DNA of 64,000 bases from Halobacteriovoraceae bacterium. Its GTDB lineage: Bacteria > Bdellovibrionota > Bacteriovoracia > Bacteriovoracales > Bacteriovoracaceae. Below, one piece after another: positions 63,529 to 64,000 of this stretch. The stretch is taken from NCBI GenBank assembly GCA_963719505.1, contig CAVRCF010000005.1, positions 1,022,369 to 1,086,368 on the forward strand. Reading direction: 5' to 3'. How positions within the stretch are numbered: the first letter of the stretch is position 1; every line of letters starts with the position of its first letter. The notes beneath the pieces are model-generated. The model was not told the DNA's origin and did not search any database. It saw only the letters and a list, made by a program, of their open reading frames with translations. Both the position numbers and the translations under genes were made by a program.

Positions 63529-64000
63529 ATGACCCAATTTACTCATTTAAATAGCATTTACATGAACTACCTAGCACCATTACAAAAGTGGAGAATTATG
63601 GATTTAGAAAGCCTAAGGAGAGCATGTGACACAGAACCAAACTACTTTCATTTTGCTAGAATTATCAGAGAAATGGAGAAAGAAAAGATTGTTGAATCAT
63701 TTAAACATAGATTCAATGGGAAAAAATATATCTTTTTTAGCTCATTCGGAGAACGCCAAATATCGAATGAAAAGAATCCAACCGCTATATCAAAAGATTC
63801 TTTGATACATGATATGAAGGTGTCAGAATTAGCACAAAGTTTTTTTAATCTAAACTGGGTTGATTACATAAGTCTTGAGCATGAATTGTTAAATAAAAGA
63901 GACTTTAGGCAAACATTCAAAGTCATACCTGATGCAATGATGGGTATCAAAGTCGGTGGTAAAAAAATTAATATTGCCTTAGAGCTAGAATTAACCCAAA
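63529..64000 (+). CDS. Replication-relaxation (Replic_Relax)-like protein, partial
   Basis: AAGGAG before ATG 63529. wHTH-like N-terminus. IPDAMMGIKVGGKKINIALELELTQ resembles the PD...ExE core remembered for PF13814. The frame is open to the window edge. Confidence 0.45.
   Translation, partial: MTQFTHLNSIYMNYLAPLQKWRIMDLESLRRACDTEPNYFHFARIIREMEKEKIVESFKHRFNGKKYIFFSSFGERQISNEKNPTAISKDSLIHDMKVSELAQSFFNLNWVDYISLEHELLNKRDFRQTFKVIPDAMMGIKVGGKKINIALELELTQ

Larger units (their letters stand above)
13651..64000. mobile_element. Putative integrated conjugative or mobilisable genomic island adjacent to tRNA-Gly (right end beyond the window)
   Basis: It starts right after a tRNA 3' end. Cargo is mosaic (toxin/defence-like genes, mer-like genes, copper, Ni/Co efflux), with internal duplications and relics. 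It ends with a VirB/Trb-type T4SS, a coupling protein and a Replic_Relax-like gene. No integrase or att repeat was identified in the window. Confidence 0.6.

Overview
AT-rich bacterial chromosome segment. The gene content resembles a marine Bdellovibrio-like predator such as Halobacteriovorax, but that is only a guess. All calls come from reading the sequence and the ORF track and recalling family motifs; no searches were run. Positions 1-13.6 kb look like core genome: two very large secreted YkuD (L,D-transpeptidase)-like proteins (the first runs off the left edge and is missing from the ORF track), a secreted MsrB-MsrA fusion preceded by an 11-copy heptanucleotide repeat, an lpd-E2 (2-oxoacid dehydrogenase) pair broken by many frame disruptions, a DnaQ-like exonuclease, an EpmB/KamA-like radical SAM enzyme, a degenerate receiver-HD protein and tRNA-Gly(GCC). 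From the tRNA to the right edge (more than 50 kb) the window looks like one mosaic integrated element. In order it carries: (i) a tandem-HTH regulator, a two-gene HEPN / HEPN-BrnT-like module and an Xre/DUF2384-like pair with an unknown partner (candidate defence or toxin modules); (ii) a tightly overlapping operon of sigma-54 activator, small ORF, SDR and 7TMR-DISM hybrid histidine kinase; (iii) a mer-like operon (merR-merC-trx-merTP plus two small Cys proteins) with no merA; (iv) about 25 kb of copper-related genes (copA, YHS, DUF3347, two multicopper oxidase-CopB modules, csoR, copG/DUF411, several CxxCH proteins, beta-barrel-like proteins and novel secreted families), linked by at least 8 CsoR-type operator boxes and one consensus sigma-54 promoter; (v) an rcnR-like/CDF pair; (vi) a compact Trb-order type IV secretion operon with a coupling protein and a Replic_Relax-like gene. 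No rRNA, CRISPR array, transposase, integrase or canonical relaxase was recognised in the window. Several frameshifted or relic genes could be real decay or assembly error.
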